Source of the DNA: Bythopirellula sp. | GTDB taxonomy: Bacteria; Planctomycetota; Planctomycetia; Pirellulales; Lacipirellulaceae | DNA length: 64,000 bases | NCBI GenBank assembly: GCA_965230685.1 | Contig: CBDDLO010000002.1 | Span: forward strand, 5,133,106 to 5,197,105 | Direction: 5' to 3' | Shown: piece by piece, positions 8,026-18,402 of the stretch | Numbering within the stretch: position 1 is the first letter of the stretch | Layout: each line of letters opens with the position of its first letter | Made by a program: the position numbers and the translations under genes | The notes under the pieces: model-generated | The model's input: the letters and a program-made list of their open reading frames with translations, nothing else | The model's database searches: none | What the model was told of the DNA's origin: nothing

Positions 8026-11000
8026 TGCCGCTCTTCCTCGACAAGCTCCACTTGCTGGTGCTGCGACTCCACGACTTGCCGCGCTGCATCCAGACCGAGG
8101 GTCCAGAAGAGCGCGGGGCGCACCAGGAACTCGAGCAGTGTGCTACTCACTAATCCACCGATGATGACGGTAGCCACCGGATAGAGAATTTCTTTGCCAG
8201 GCTCGCCAGCGGCCATGGCGAGTGGGACCAAACCGATGCCGGAAGTCAGCGCCGTCATCAGCACCGGGGCCAGCCGGTCCTTGCCCGCGCGGACGGCCAT
8301 TTCGCGGGTCCACCGTTCACCTTCGTATTTCACCAGGTGTAGGTAATGATTGATTAGCAAGATGCCATTACGCGACGCAATTCCGCAGAGCGAAATAAAA
8401 CCCACCATGCTAGCAATTGTCAGTGTTTGACCGGTGAGATATAGCGAAGCGACACTGCCTATGAATGCCATAGGCAAGGCGACCATGACCTGCAGTGCGA
8501 GGTTCGACGACTGAAACATCGAATACAACACCAAAAACATTCCCACGAGCGATGCCAAGAACAGCATCGAAATCACGCGGGAGGCCGTTTGTTGGCTCTC
8601 GAACTGCCCGCCATACTCCACGAAATAGCCCGTGGGTAGTTCTGCAATGATCGGTCGCAGTCGCTCCTTGATTTCTTCCACCACATCAACGAGTCCCCGC
8701 CCAGTGACATTGCACTGCACGACGATACGGCGACGCACTTGCTCGCGGTTGACCGTATTGGGACCTGCCGCCTGATAGATTCGCGCAACGTCTTCCAACT
8801 TCACTCGCCCTCCGGTGGGGAGTTCAATTTGCAATCGTTTTAGCGCCGCCAGGTCCTCGCGTGCCTCTTCTCCAAGGCGAACCAGCAAATCGAAAGTCCG
8901 TTGGCCATCAACCACCTGCGAAATGACTTCGCCTTGCATAGCGGTTTCGATAAATTCGTTGACATCGTTGCGGCGCAGGCCGTAGGACTTGAGCTTCTCG
9001 CCATTGGCTTCAATGCGTAACTGGGGCACGAGCGTTTGCTGTTCGACCTGTAGGCCGCGCACACCTTCGACATCTGCAATGGCTGCTTCGATGCCTTGCG
9101 CCTCACGACGCAGCACATCGAGATCGTCGCCGAAGAGCTTGATCGCTACTTGCGCCTTCACTCCGGAAAGCATGTGAGAAATCAGATGTGCCAGCGGCTG
9201 CTCGACCGAGCTGACAATTCCCGGCACATCGGCCAGCGCTGCGCTGATTTCTTCAATGAGCTCTTCGCGTGATCGCTGTGAATGCGAGGTTACCGTGGCA
9301 ACAAACTCGGTGACATTCACGCCTTCGGCATGTTCGTCAAGTTCCGCTCGACCTGTCTTGCGTACGATGGTCTGCAAGTCTTCGATTTGAGCAAGTCGCT
9401 GCTCGACGCGAGTGGCAATTTCTGTTGAGGTGGCCAGCGACGTCCCGGGCGGGAGCAACACATTGATCTGCACCGCTCCTTCATTGAACGGCGGCAGAAA
9501 GTCGTTTTCCATTCGCAGGAGTCCCCACGTCGTGACTCCAACTGCAATTGTGGCAATCAGCAAGATCAGCCTGGGGAATTGCAAGCTGAATTGAATCGCA
9601 CCGCCCGCGAGGCGTTTTAGCCCACGCAGCAGAAACCCGTCTCGCTCCTCACTGGCGAGGGTCGACCCGCTGAGTAACCAATAACTCAGCACGGGGGTCA
9701 CCGTCAGCGAGACTAACAGCGAGGAAGCGATGGAAACGATGTACGATATTCCCAGCGGCGTGAAAAGTCGGCCTTCCATACCAGTGAGGGCGAACAACGG
9801 CACAAACACCAGGATGACGATCATCGTGCCGTAGACGATGGAATTACGCACTTCCAGGCTCGCCTGATAGACGACCAACAGGGGATTGCGCGGTGACTTT
9901 GCAAGTCGGTTTTCACGCAATCGGCGAAAGATGTTCTCGACATCGACAATGGCATCGTCAACCAATTCGCCAATGGCCACAGCGATGCCCCCCAAGGTCA
10001 TCGTGTTCACCGAGAGGCCAAAAGCCGCGAAGACTATCGCAGTCACAACGATCGACAACGGAATTGCGGTCAACGTGATGAATGTCGTCCGCAGGTTCAT
10101 CAGAAACAAGAACAATATGACGATCACCAGCAACGCTCCATCACGAAGTGCTTCCACCACATTCTCGAACGCTAAGTCGATAAACTCCTTCTGTTGGTAG
10201 AGGTTCGGAACGACTCGGACGTCCTCAGGCAATGACGTGGCTAGTTCTGCGAGTGCAGCGGTAACTCGGTTGGTCACCTCGCGTGTGTCAGCGTCCGGTT
10301 GCCGCATGACGGTCAGCAGCACCGCGGGACTGCCGGTCATTTTACCCGATTCATCGCGCACCGAAGCCGCGCTGTTCCCCCGTTTGACTTGAGGCCCCGT
10401 TTCGACGCGCGCTACCTGCGCAAGTGTGAGTGATTGGCCTTCTCGTTGCTTGATGACGATATCTCGAATCTGCTCGATGGTTTTCACGCGTCCCAGGGAC
10501 CGGACCAACATTTCCTGTGGCCCCTGTTGGTCTAAGTATCCGCCCGCAGCATTTTGATTACTTTCCTCGAGCGCTTGTTTCACTTCATGCAAAGTCACTC
10601 CATACTGAACCAACAAATCGGGGTCGACGAGGACCTGAAACTGTTTCCGATCGCCACCCATGACAATCACTTGCGAAACTCCAGGAATCGTCAAGAGTCG
10701 CTGCCGCACAACCCAATCAGCCAGGGTGCGCAGTTCCATCGGCGAAGTCGTGTCGCCTGCCGTCATGCCGACAACAAGAATCTGTCCCATGATGGAAGAA
10801 ATTGGCATCAGCTGCGGCTTCACATCCGGTGGAAGCGACGCAGACGCCAGCGCCATCCGCTCGGCAACGATCTGGCGATTGTTGTAGATATCGGTCCCCC
10901 AGTCGAACTCCACATAAACCACCGATAAGCCCACGCCTGAGGTGCTACGCACGTCCTGCACACCTGTCGCTCCGTTGAGCACTGTCTCCAGCGGAAACGT

Positions 11001-11195
11001 GATCAGGGTCTCCACCTCCTCAGGAGCCATACCATGCGCTTCGGTCAACAGGACGACGCGTGGTCTGTTCAAATTAGGAAAGACATCCACCGGCAGGCGC
11101 AGCGCCTGCCAGGTTCCCACGAAAGTAAGAAACAGCGCAGCAACAATCACCAGAAGGCGATTCTGCAGCGAGAACTTGATGATGGCATTGAACAT
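8022..11195 (-). CDS. czcA: Heavy-metal efflux RND transporter, CusA/CzcA family
   Basis: 1057 aa. The N-terminus MFNAIIKFSLQNRLLVIVAALFLTFVGTWQALRLPVDVFPNL is typical of HME-RND pumps. It has a 12-TM architecture with two large periplasmic loops, and the adaptor and OMF genes lie upstream. Confidence 0.9.
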   Translation of the reverse strand: MFNAIIKFSLQNRLLVIVAALFLTFVGTWQALRLPVDVFPNLNRPRVVLLTEAHGMAPEEVETLITFPLETVLNGATGVQDVRSTSGVGLSVVYVEFDWGTDIYNNRQIVAERMALASASLPPDVKPQLMPISSIMGQILVVGMTAGDTTSPMELRTLADWVVRQRLLTIPGVSQVIVMGGDRKQFQVLVDPDLLVQYGVTLHEVKQALEESNQNAAGGYLDQQGPQEMLVRSLGRVKTIEQIRDIVIKQREGQSLTLAQVARVETGPQVKRGNSAASVRDESGKMTGSPAVLLTVMRQPDADTREVTNRVTAALAELATSLPEDVRVVPNLYQQKEFIDLAFENVVEALRDGALLVIVILFLFLMNLRTTFITLTAIPLSIVVTAIVFAAFGLSVNTMTLGGIAVAIGELVDDAIVDVENIFRRLRENRLAKSPRNPLLVVYQASLEVRNSIVYGTMIVILVFVPLFALTGMEGRLFTPLGISYIVSIASSLLVSLTVTPVLSYWLLSGSTLASEERDGFLLRGLKRLAGGAIQFSLQFPRLILLIATIAVGVTTWGLLRMENDFLPPFNEGAVQINVLLPPGTSLATSTEIATRVEQRLAQIEDLQTIVRKTGRAELDEHAEGVNVTEFVATVTSHSQRSREELIEEISAALADVPGIVSSVEQPLAHLISHMLSGVKAQVAIKLFGDDLDVLRREAQGIEAAIADVEGVRGLQVEQQTLVPQLRIEANGEKLKSYGLRRNDVNEFIETAMQGEVISQVVDGQRTFDLLVRLGEEAREDLAALKRLQIELPTGGRVKLEDVARIYQAAGPNTVNREQVRRRIVVQCNVTGRGLVDVVEEIKERLRPIIAELPTGYFVEYGGQFESQQTASRVISMLFLASLVGMFLVLYSMFQSSNLALQVMVALPMAFIGSVASLYLTGQTLTIASMVGFISLCGIASRNGILLINHYLHLVKYEGERWTREMAVRAGKDRLAPVLMTALTSGIGLVPLAMAAGEPGKEILYPVATVIIGGLVSSTLLEFLVRPALFWTLGLDAARQVVESQHQQVELVEEERH

Positions 11196-11216
11196 TGATT
11201 AGATCAAAAAATGTTT

Positions 11217-12593
11217 TCAGTGGTTGTGGCCTGCGTGAGGGTCGGCCCCTCCACCCGCTTGGTTCTTCAACGAGAGGTGAATTTGGTAGGCCCCTTTCCC
11301 GGCGATGACGTTGCCAAACTTGAGTGCGCCGTCGCTTGCCACGACAATCTCATCTCGATCGCGGTGCAGCACGTGAACCGCCACTCGGTCAAAATGGTCT
11401 CCGTGTTGGTGATAGACGTAGGCCTCGGCGCCCTCATCCACCACAGCCGTAGCAGGCAACACAAGTTGATTTTCCCAAGTCTCGACCGGCACCTGGACCT
11501 GCATCCGCTGCCCCGGCTTGTAGAGCCACTCCACAAAGCGTTTGCCAGAAGTTGACGTTTTATCCGCGGCAAGTTTGTTAGGCAAACGCAGGTAAACCTT
11601 GAAGGCCCGAGAATCAGCGTCAATCTGGTCGGCGACATAGAGCACCTCGAGTCCAGTGACAGGAGCGTCCTGGCTCGATCCGCTCAAACGCCGCGCAACG
11701 ATCTCACGATTGGCTTCCGATGCCTGGCGAATTGCAAGCGCGTCATCTTCGAATGCCATGGCCTCGATCAGCAGTTCGCAGTGATCCCCAAGCACAGCCA
11801 ACGGACTGCCTGCTTCAACCTGCTGACCTTGTGCAACGTTTAGTTTCTGAACTTGATAAGGGTGTTCGCTAGCGCAACCCTGGTCGTGATTATCGTGGTC
11901 TGGAGTGCGTATTTCGATTTCCTGGAACAAGCGGCGCGTTCTACGAATTTCATCCACTTGAGCTTGGGCTAGTCCATGCAGGAGCATTGCCTGCGCCTCA
12001 GCGTGAAGAGAAGCCATGAGCTTCTGTTGTTCGTACTCTTGCTCGAGGATTCGCCGCCCGGCAATCACTCCTTCGCCGAGTGAGCGAAGCCTCTTTATTT
12101 CTCGGTTAACGACTTCGAGATTTTCGACATTCCGCAAGTACTCGCGCTGCGCCTCAACCAAATCTTCATGCGTTAGCTGCACCTTAAATATCAGCCGATC
12201 GGGATCGACGGCCTCACCTGTGATCGCGTTGATCTTGGTTACTGTACCCGTGAGCGGTGTGGATAAATGCAACTGCGAGCGTCCTGGGCTCTCCACAACT
12301 ATTGCCGGCAAAGTCAGCATCCGCTGATAGTCCATCGGCTCGACCACGAACGGCTCGAAACCAATGTTCTTGAGGCCGCGCTCGCTGAGCGCGATCACGT
12401 TTCCAGCTCCATGTTGCTCGTGATCATGCGATTTTTCTTGCGCATGTTGATCCAGCTTGTCGAGAATACTCGTTGGCCCGTCCGACGTCTCAAGCGGATA
12501 CCAGGAGCCCTTGGTAAGCACCGCCCCCGCGATGGCCAGGACCAACAGCCCTATCCACAATGGATTCTTATTTGAAGAACTACTATTTTTCAT
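11217..12593 (-). CDS. czcB: Efflux RND periplasmic adaptor (membrane fusion protein, CzcB/CusB-like)
   Basis: 458 aa with an N-terminal TM segment and a coiled-coil hairpin plus beta-barrel pattern. His-rich segments (HDHEQHGAG and the C-terminal GGGADPHAGHNH) suggest metal handling. It lies directly upstream of the RND pump. Confidence 0.8.
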   Translation of the reverse strand: MKNSSSSNKNPLWIGLLVLAIAGAVLTKGSWYPLETSDGPTSILDKLDQHAQEKSHDHEQHGAGNVIALSERGLKNIGFEPFVVEPMDYQRMLTLPAIVVESPGRSQLHLSTPLTGTVTKINAITGEAVDPDRLIFKVQLTHEDLVEAQREYLRNVENLEVVNREIKRLRSLGEGVIAGRRILEQEYEQQKLMASLHAEAQAMLLHGLAQAQVDEIRRTRRLFQEIEIRTPDHDNHDQGCASEHPYQVQKLNVAQGQQVEAGSPLAVLGDHCELLIEAMAFEDDALAIRQASEANREIVARRLSGSSQDAPVTGLEVLYVADQIDADSRAFKVYLRLPNKLAADKTSTSGKRFVEWLYKPGQRMQVQVPVETWENQLVLPATAVVDEGAEAYVYHQHGDHFDRVAVHVLHRDRDEIVVASDGALKFGNVIAGKGAYQIHLSLKNQAGGGADPHAGHNH

Positions 12594-12716
12594 TGAAGAC
12601 TCTCAAGAGCGGCTACCACAAAGTGCCCTTGCATTGATGGGTAAACACCAATGCCACTGGAAGACAATAAGCTCAGAAGAGCTGCCAAATCGACAGCTCG
12701 AGCGGAAGATGTAGAC

Positions 12717-13118
12717 TCAAAGCAGCAAGACTGAGATTGCAAGGTGCGCGCGCAGCCCCACCGAAAGCGATAAGTCAACCCTATAGGATCCACCGTAGAA
12801 CTTAGGGCTAGCAACATCGAAAGGAGCAATTACTACCGGTATGCAGGCAACCGCCAAGTATGAATTGCAATCCTTTACTACTCCGCGCGATGAGCCCCCA
12901 AGCCACTTGCAATCACAATGGCTGTCTTCACACGGCGCCGCTGGAACCGAATGCCGCGGCTGTTGGCCGTGGCTTGCTGTGCAGCCTGTTGTGTGGGACG
13001 CGTCAGATCGTGCAACCTCCGCATCCTGATAAGCCATCGCACAGGCCGAGTGTTCGCAACCCAGCAATGCATGGGTCAACACGGCGGCTGCAATCATACT
13101 ACGGACAACGTATTGCAT
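12717..13118 (-). CDS. Small Cys/His-rich putative periplasmic protein inside the czc operon (speculative)
   Basis: 133-aa ORF between the OMF and adaptor genes. It has a signal-like start (MIAAAVLTHALLGC) followed by CEHSAC...HTTGC...CEDSHCDC. No family recognised, and the coding status is uncertain. Confidence 0.3.
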   Translation of the reverse strand: MQYVVRSMIAAAVLTHALLGCEHSACAMAYQDAEVARSDASHTTGCTASHGQQPRHSVPAAPCEDSHCDCKWLGGSSRGVVKDCNSYLAVACIPVVIAPFDVASPKFYGGSYRVDLSLSVGLRAHLAISVLLL

Positions 13119-13224
13119 AGAAAAAAATGTTCGCGAAGCCAGAAGCTGAATCAGAATCGGGTAGCCCCTACTATTATCAGTTTACTTCACTCTCAGACAT
13201 TGGCCAGTGCAGCTTTTCTGCTGA

Positions 13225-14613
13225 TTAGCTGCTCAGAGGGCTATTGGCCTCAAAACTACCGTCGAGCAACAATCCCTCGATACGCAAATAGCTATTCCAG
13301 AGTTTCGACAGTGCGTCTAGATATGCTAGATGCGTCTGGGAGTAAATCCGTTGGGCAGTCAGGAAATCGAGATACCCGACCTCGCCTTGGGCGTAGCCTT
13401 GACGTACTAGTTCGAGTGTTCGCTCGGAGCGAGTGAGAATTTGGTCGGCATAAGTCTGTGCGGTGATCCGCGCGTCGGAGAACTCACGAAATGCGTTTAC
13501 CAATCGCCGCTGCAGGTTTTTTTCCACTCGATCAACATTGCGGGCCGCCTGGGTGACCTCTGCACGTGCGCGGCAGATACCGCCTTGATTGCGATTCCAG
13601 AGTGGTAGGGGAACACTTATCTGCACCCCCGTTAGCGTATCGCCATTGGAATCGTCGTGCTGAACGCTCACTTGTGCGCTGACATTGGGCACCGCCTCGA
13701 CACATTCGCGATGGAGCACCCGGCGACTTCGTTCGACCTGGGCCATCGCTGAGGCGAGTTCGGGGCTTGCAATTTGGACCTGCAATAATTGCTCTTCGTA
13801 GCTCAAGAGATCAGGCAGCTGGCCGACATCGCCCTCAAGAGGTTGCTGCACCAGGACTTCGCTGCCCACAAGCGTTTGTAACTGCCGCCAAGCTTGGTCG
13901 TATCCATTACGGCTCGTGCGCTCTAGGAGTTTGGCATTCTCGAGTTGCAGCTCGGTTTGCAGCAGGCCGGCTAGCGGAATTTCTTCGGCCTCGATCAGCG
14001 ACTGCGACGTTTTCGTGGCTTCGTCGGCAATGCGAACTAGATCTGCGGAGAAACGCCTGCGCTGTTGGGCCAAGAGGGCTTGATAGTACCCCAGACGAAC
14101 GTCGGTTCGCACTCGCTGAACGATCGTTGCCAACTCCTGCTCGGAGGCTGCGATCTCGGCACAAACAATCGCCCGGTTGCGCTGCAACTTCTTGGCAGTA
14201 ATGAACTGTTGTCCCGCAAAGCCACCCTGCTGCCCCGCGGACCCGTCTGCGCCAATCTCTGAGGCTAAATATCCGACCGTCGGATTCGGCGCGAGCCCCA
14301 CTTGCTTCCACTTCCCGTCGAGCGCACGCAGGCGAGCTTGGGCTTGGGCAATGGCGGGGTGGTTGGCCAATGCCAGTTCCTCAACAGTAGCGAGAGAGAG
14401 CCCCATCGAAAGAGGGAGTGTCTCCTCTGAGCTGACTTCCTCTGAGCTGACTTCCTCTGGAACATAGGGCAGGGGCACACCCACCGACTCTGCCAAGCTG
14501 CTCGGCTGCGTCACCACGGGCGTCGATTCATCGCCCTGGGCGCACTGCGCAGGTTGGACTGCTAGGCATGCCAGCAGCAATGCCATCGGTGCCAAATTGT
14601 TCCAATACTCCAT
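13225..14613 (-). CDS. czcC: TolC-family outer membrane efflux protein (CzcC-like)
   Basis: The ORF spans 13225..14661. The likely start is ATG 14613 (MEYWNNLAPMALLLACLAVQPAQC, a signal peptide). It shows two OEP-type repeats and is the first gene of the czcCBA-like operon. Confidence 0.8.
   Translation of the reverse strand: MEYWNNLAPMALLLACLAVQPAQCAQGDESTPVVTQPSSLAESVGVPLPYVPEEVSSEEVSSEETLPLSMGLSLATVEELALANHPAIAQAQARLRALDGKWKQVGLAPNPTVGYLASEIGADGSAGQQGGFAGQQFITAKKLQRNRAIVCAEIAASEQELATIVQRVRTDVRLGYYQALLAQQRRRFSADLVRIADEATKTSQSLIEAEEIPLAGLLQTELQLENAKLLERTSRNGYDQAWRQLQTLVGSEVLVQQPLEGDVGQLPDLLSYEEQLLQVQIASPELASAMAQVERSRRVLHRECVEAVPNVSAQVSVQHDDSNGDTLTGVQISVPLPLWNRNQGGICRARAEVTQAARNVDRVEKNLQRRLVNAFREFSDARITAQTYADQILTRSERTLELVRQGYAQGEVGYLDFLTAQRIYSQTHLAYLDALSKLWNSYLRIEGLLLDGSFEANSPLSS
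14423..14459. repeat. 15-bp tandem repeat (about 2.5 copies of tcctctgagctgact) inside czcC
   Basis: Read directly from the sequence. It encodes the duplicated EEVSS EEVSS in the OMF N-terminal linker. Confidence 0.8.
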
Positions 14614-14862
14614 TCGTCTGCCATCCTTGTCTGATCCACCTGTTTTATCGGCTTTCTCCACTGTGGAACACGAGCCAGTGGCTCTGTTGTCTGAAGCAAC
14701 GCTTGATGGACGGCGAGCTGGGTAAACTGCGCCAAGCTAGCGTGAGAATCCAACAAACACTTTGCATCGATACCGAAGTAGAGAGAAGTGACGCGACTGC
14801 TTGCTGAGCTTAAGGGTCACTCGCGATGTATCCCCCACGAATCTCCACCGAGAATCTCTCCC

Positions 14863-16077
14863 ATGAAACTTCCGCTTCGTAAAATGACTGTTTTCTTGCT
14901 AGCAATCGCTCTGCTGCATACTCAATCATCTGAGGCAAGTGCGGCTGGAGGTTTGGTGCCGGGTACGGGAACGCTGATCGACTACGTCGGGGACAATTTT
15001 GAGGATCCCTCATGGTCGTTCGTACACAACTTGCCTAAGAGCTCCCGAGAACAAGACGAACGGCTCCGATCGCCGACGGGAAAATCGACCAACGGTCGCT
15101 GGATCGAAGGCCCCGAGCGCGGTCATCCCGATCACATGAAAGTTGTGAAGAATCCCTCCGGTGCGTTGCCCGGTAGTGAATATGGGTTGCTAGTGCGAAC
15201 GCTGAACTCTGGTATTCCCGGCTATCGGTCGAACGACGTGCAACAAGACGACCTCATTGCCAACTGCATTTCGCGTTTGGGAATGAGCATTCCCGTGCGT
15301 GACATGCCCAGTGCCGTCGTACGAGTTTACTTGCCGCCGGCCGACCAATGGGAAAATCGCACAGGGCCACAATTCGGTTTTCGCATCAGCACTTCGACCA
15401 CTGTCACGGAGCTGGCCTCGCCGGGTCGCGGCTTCTTTTCGAGTTCTCGCACAACGACCAAACAAGAACCCTACTGGCCAGGACTGTGGATCCATTTCAA
15501 GAGCGAGACCAGTCGCAACGTGGAAGAAGACTCGGCGTTCTTGGCCTATCGTGGCAATCGCCAAGGTCGTGATATACGCTGCAAGGAGATCACCGCTGAC
15601 CAATTTGGCTGGTGGACTCTTGGAATCTCTGTGACCGGCGACGGGCAGATTCACTATTATGCCAAGCAAGGCGTGGAAGATCTCACTGCGGCTGATCATA
15701 TCACTTCGCAGTTCCCCTACAGTTTTCACGCGGAGCGGTTCCGCACGTTTTTCTTCAACGCTTGCAACAAGAACAATGGCAAGAGCTGGTCCACGCCCTT
15801 TATCATCGACGACCCGCAACTGTTCGTGGTTAACAGCTCGCAAGTGCTGGCCAACGTAAAGCGCAAGCAACAGCAAGAAGCCAACCGCAAAGCCCAGCGT
15901 GCTCGGCGCACCGCGCGGCGATCAAGCAAACAGACTGCGAGCAAGAATGCTAGCCAAGCGAAGTCGAACAGCAGTACCGCGTTGGCTACGGACCAAGCTT
16001 CCTCGAGTACTTCTCCAAAGTCCACTCAAACGGATTTCGCAAGTAAGCCCAAACTCAAAACCAATCTTGTACGCTAG
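14863..16077 (+). CDS. Hypothetical secreted protein with Lys/Ser/Ala/Gln-rich basic C-terminal tail
   Basis: The ORF spans 14788..16077. The probable start is Met at 14863 (MKLPLRKMTVFLLAIALLHTQSSEASA, a signal peptide). The globular body is followed by the tail KRKQQQEANRKAQRARRTARRSSKQ. Confidence 0.55.
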   Translation: MKLPLRKMTVFLLAIALLHTQSSEASAAGGLVPGTGTLIDYVGDNFEDPSWSFVHNLPKSSREQDERLRSPTGKSTNGRWIEGPERGHPDHMKVVKNPSGALPGSEYGLLVRTLNSGIPGYRSNDVQQDDLIANCISRLGMSIPVRDMPSAVVRVYLPPADQWENRTGPQFGFRISTSTTVTELASPGRGFFSSSRTTTKQEPYWPGLWIHFKSETSRNVEEDSAFLAYRGNRQGRDIRCKEITADQFGWWTLGISVTGDGQIHYYAKQGVEDLTAADHITSQFPYSFHAERFRTFFFNACNKNNGKSWSTPFIIDDPQLFVVNSSQVLANVKRKQQQEANRKAQRARRTARRSSKQTASKNASQAKSNSSTALATDQASSSTSPKSTQTDFASKPKLKTNLVR

Positions 16078-16131
16078 ACGTAGCCGTGCGGAGGAGCTGC
16101 CTCCGCTCAAGCTGCAGCAATACTATGTGGT

Positions 16132-18378
16132 TTATCGAATCGGGGGCGTGGAGGCTCGATTTTTCAAAGATTTCAGCTTCTTGCTGTAAGCTTGCACAAG
16201 ACGCTGATTGCCTTGAGCTTGTGCCAACTTGAGTGCTCTTGATTGTGCGAGGATTGCTTTCTCGAACTGCTCGCCAGCCGCGTAGGCAAGGGCCAACGTA
16301 TCGAAAATCTCTGCATGGCTTGCCTTGGTTGAAGTGGCCAATTGTTCGGCCAGCGCGATCGCTTCGCTCACGTTTCGAGTACTCGGGTCGTCGGTCGTGG
16401 CCAACAGCTTCACCAAATTCACCGTTGCCGGGAGGGTTGCTTCGCTTTTTCTCATCGCTGAGCGAAAATGCGACTCTGCCTCGCCGGGCTTGCCCTGGTC
16501 CTGCAAGAGACGTCCTAAGTTGATGTGGGCGTTTGCATTGTCGGGTTCGAGCGCTAGCGCCTCGCGAAGTGGCTTTTCCGCGGCATGAAGTTGGCCATCC
16601 ACGGCGAGCATCGCGCCCAAGTTGATCCGTGCCCCCGCATCGTCGGAACGAAGATCGACGAAAGTTTGCATATGAGCGAGCGACTCTGCTTTTCGCCCCA
16701 ATTGAAATTCTACAGCCGACAACTGGTAGTAGGCATCGGCGAACTCGGGCTGGGATTCTACGGAACGCAAATAGTACTGGGCAGCTGTTTGCAGATCGCC
16801 CCTTTGGCGGAGGACATTGCCTAGCTGAAAATTGGCGCGGACCGTCTCTGGGGCGATTTGCAGTGCCGCGCGTAGCGCGTCCTCAGCTTTCGTCATTTTG
16901 CCCTGGTGGTAGAGCACATCGCCGAGTTGGGCGTGGAGGATTGCGCTTTGTGGCGCCCACTTCGTGGCGGTTTCCAAATGCCGCAAGGCTGCTGAGAACT
17001 TTTCTTCCGCGACGAGCATTCGTGTTATTTCAGCGGCAAAGGCGCTGTACTTGCTATCCCGGCTTAGCTTTTCTGCGTCATCTTCAAGGAATTGAGTAGC
17101 TACCTCGACAAATCCAAACTCAGCCAACTCGGCGGCCAGGCCGAGCGGGCGAAGTCGCAACGGTTGGCCAACCAGGCGCCCAGCGAAGGGCAGGGCGGCC
17201 TGGAAACGCTCGTCTCCCTGCAGCTCGAGAAATTCGATGTCTTTGAGTAACTGGTCCACATCGACGCGGCCTTTGTAAATTGCAGCGAGTTTTCCTGTAC
17301 CGTCAATCAGGAAGCTGGTTGGCACGGCTAGTGGACGGTCGGGCCCATAAACAAAATTTGTGATGACTTCCAAAGAGCCCACGAGCTGTGATGTTGCGGG
17401 TCCCGCGAGGAAGGGATAGCCCAAGCGCTCGAGCGTTGCTTGCTGAGCATCGCTACTAGCACCACGATCATCGCCCAAGCCATCGACGTTTGCTGCCACC
17501 ACAACCAGGCCAATACCGCGAACTTCTTCAGCCCGTTTTGAGATTTCAGAAAGCTCGGCAAGGCAGGGTTGGCACCAAGATCCCCAAAAGTTGAGCAGTA
17601 CGGGAGCTTGGCGAGTCGCGGTCAACTCAATCTGCTCAGCTTCATACGACATGAGCTTCAATCGAGGCAAGAGCAGGGGCTCCGTGAGCAGCGTGCGGCT
17701 TGCGGAAGATGAAGCAGCCGCGACATAACTCGACGGAGTCAACGCTGGGCCCTGTGAAGGCGGGGTCCACTTCTCGGCTTGGCCAGTACCTTGACGAATT
17801 CGATAATGGCCATCGGCCTCGACGCCGCTGATCGCTTCCGACTCTCCGCCAGGCCAGTGCACAACACATCGCTTCACTGCTGCGTTGTCACCTAAACCCA
17901 TGTGCAACCACTTCGACGACTGACCGAGAAATCCCTCCCCTGCTCTGAGCGTTCGTAGGATCGTGGTTTGCGAATCGTCAGCCAATTGCACCTCGACCCG
18001 AGCATTAATGGCGTCGCGGTTGCATTCCGTCCCTATCAGCCGGAGAGCAAGAAAATGGTGCTCCGGAGGAAGTTCGTTTCGTACGAAGCGAAGCATCGGC
18101 GCCGTACGGTTGGAGGTCCACACGTCGAGATCGCCGTCGTGGTCCCAATCAACCAAGGCGAGTCCGCGTCCATCGTCCAGGAAGTCGAGTCCCGTCACGC
18201 CTGAAACATTCGCAAATTTCGAGCCGCCCGTGTTCAGAAAGCAGCAATTTGCTTCGTGGCCACTCCACGAGATGCCCCGATCGAGCATCTTGTTGAGATT
18301 CACTACGCTCTGCACATATTCGGGTTCTAGAGCGTCTAAGCCCGCGCCCGTTGGCACTGTCTCGGGTGAATGCGACAC
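16132..18378 (-). CDS. ASPIC/UnbV + TlpA/ResA-like thioredoxin (WCQPC) + TPR-repeat protein. Probably the C-terminal part of one recoded or read-through protein with 18400..20478
   Basis: 748-aa ORF beginning at GTG. It opens with one more FG-GAP repeat (LALVDWDHDGDLDVWTSN). An ASPIC/UnbV pattern follows (NRDAINARVEV...GEGFLGQSSKWLHMGLG...VHWPGG), then the redoxin motif NFWGSWCQPCLAEL and about 8 TPR repeats. Confidence 0.8.
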   Translation of the reverse strand: MSHSPETVPTGAGLDALEPEYVQSVVNLNKMLDRGISWSGHEANCCFLNTGGSKFANVSGVTGLDFLDDGRGLALVDWDHDGDLDVWTSNRTAPMLRFVRNELPPEHHFLALRLIGTECNRDAINARVEVQLADDSQTTILRTLRAGEGFLGQSSKWLHMGLGDNAAVKRCVVHWPGGESEAISGVEADGHYRIRQGTGQAEKWTPPSQGPALTPSSYVAAASSSASRTLLTEPLLLPRLKLMSYEAEQIELTATRQAPVLLNFWGSWCQPCLAELSEISKRAEEVRGIGLVVVAANVDGLGDDRGASSDAQQATLERLGYPFLAGPATSQLVGSLEVITNFVYGPDRPLAVPTSFLIDGTGKLAAIYKGRVDVDQLLKDIEFLELQGDERFQAALPFAGRLVGQPLRLRPLGLAAELAEFGFVEVATQFLEDDAEKLSRDSKYSAFAAEITRMLVAEEKFSAALRHLETATKWAPQSAILHAQLGDVLYHQGKMTKAEDALRAALQIAPETVRANFQLGNVLRQRGDLQTAAQYYLRSVESQPEFADAYYQLSAVEFQLGRKAESLAHMQTFVDLRSDDAGARINLGAMLAVDGQLHAAEKPLREALALEPDNANAHINLGRLLQDQGKPGEAESHFRSAMRKSEATLPATVNLVKLLATTDDPSTRNVSEAIALAEQLATSTKASHAEIFDTLALAYAAGEQFEKAILAQSRALKLAQAQGNQRLVQAYSKKLKSLKNRASTPPIR

Positions 18379-18402
18379 GACCTGCCGCCAGAAGAAAGAT
18401 CA
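18372..18402 (-). promoter_or_regulatory. In-frame UGA followed by a SECIS-like hairpin (candidate selenocysteine recoding signal)
   Basis: The minus strand reads TGA tctttcttctg GCGGCA-GGUCG-UGUCGC. That is an 11-nt spacer followed by a 17-nt hairpin with a 6-bp stem (one G-U pair) and a 5-nt GGUCG loop. Confidence 0.45.

Noticed and set aside
12918-13436. 172-aa + strand ORF spanning the czcC/czcB gap
   Set aside because: It overlaps the 3' end of the TolC-family gene in antisense and has Arg/Cys-rich junk composition.
15190-15876. 228-aa minus-strand ORF
   Set aside because: It is antisense to the secreted protein gene 14863..16077, which has a proper signal peptide. No features appear here.
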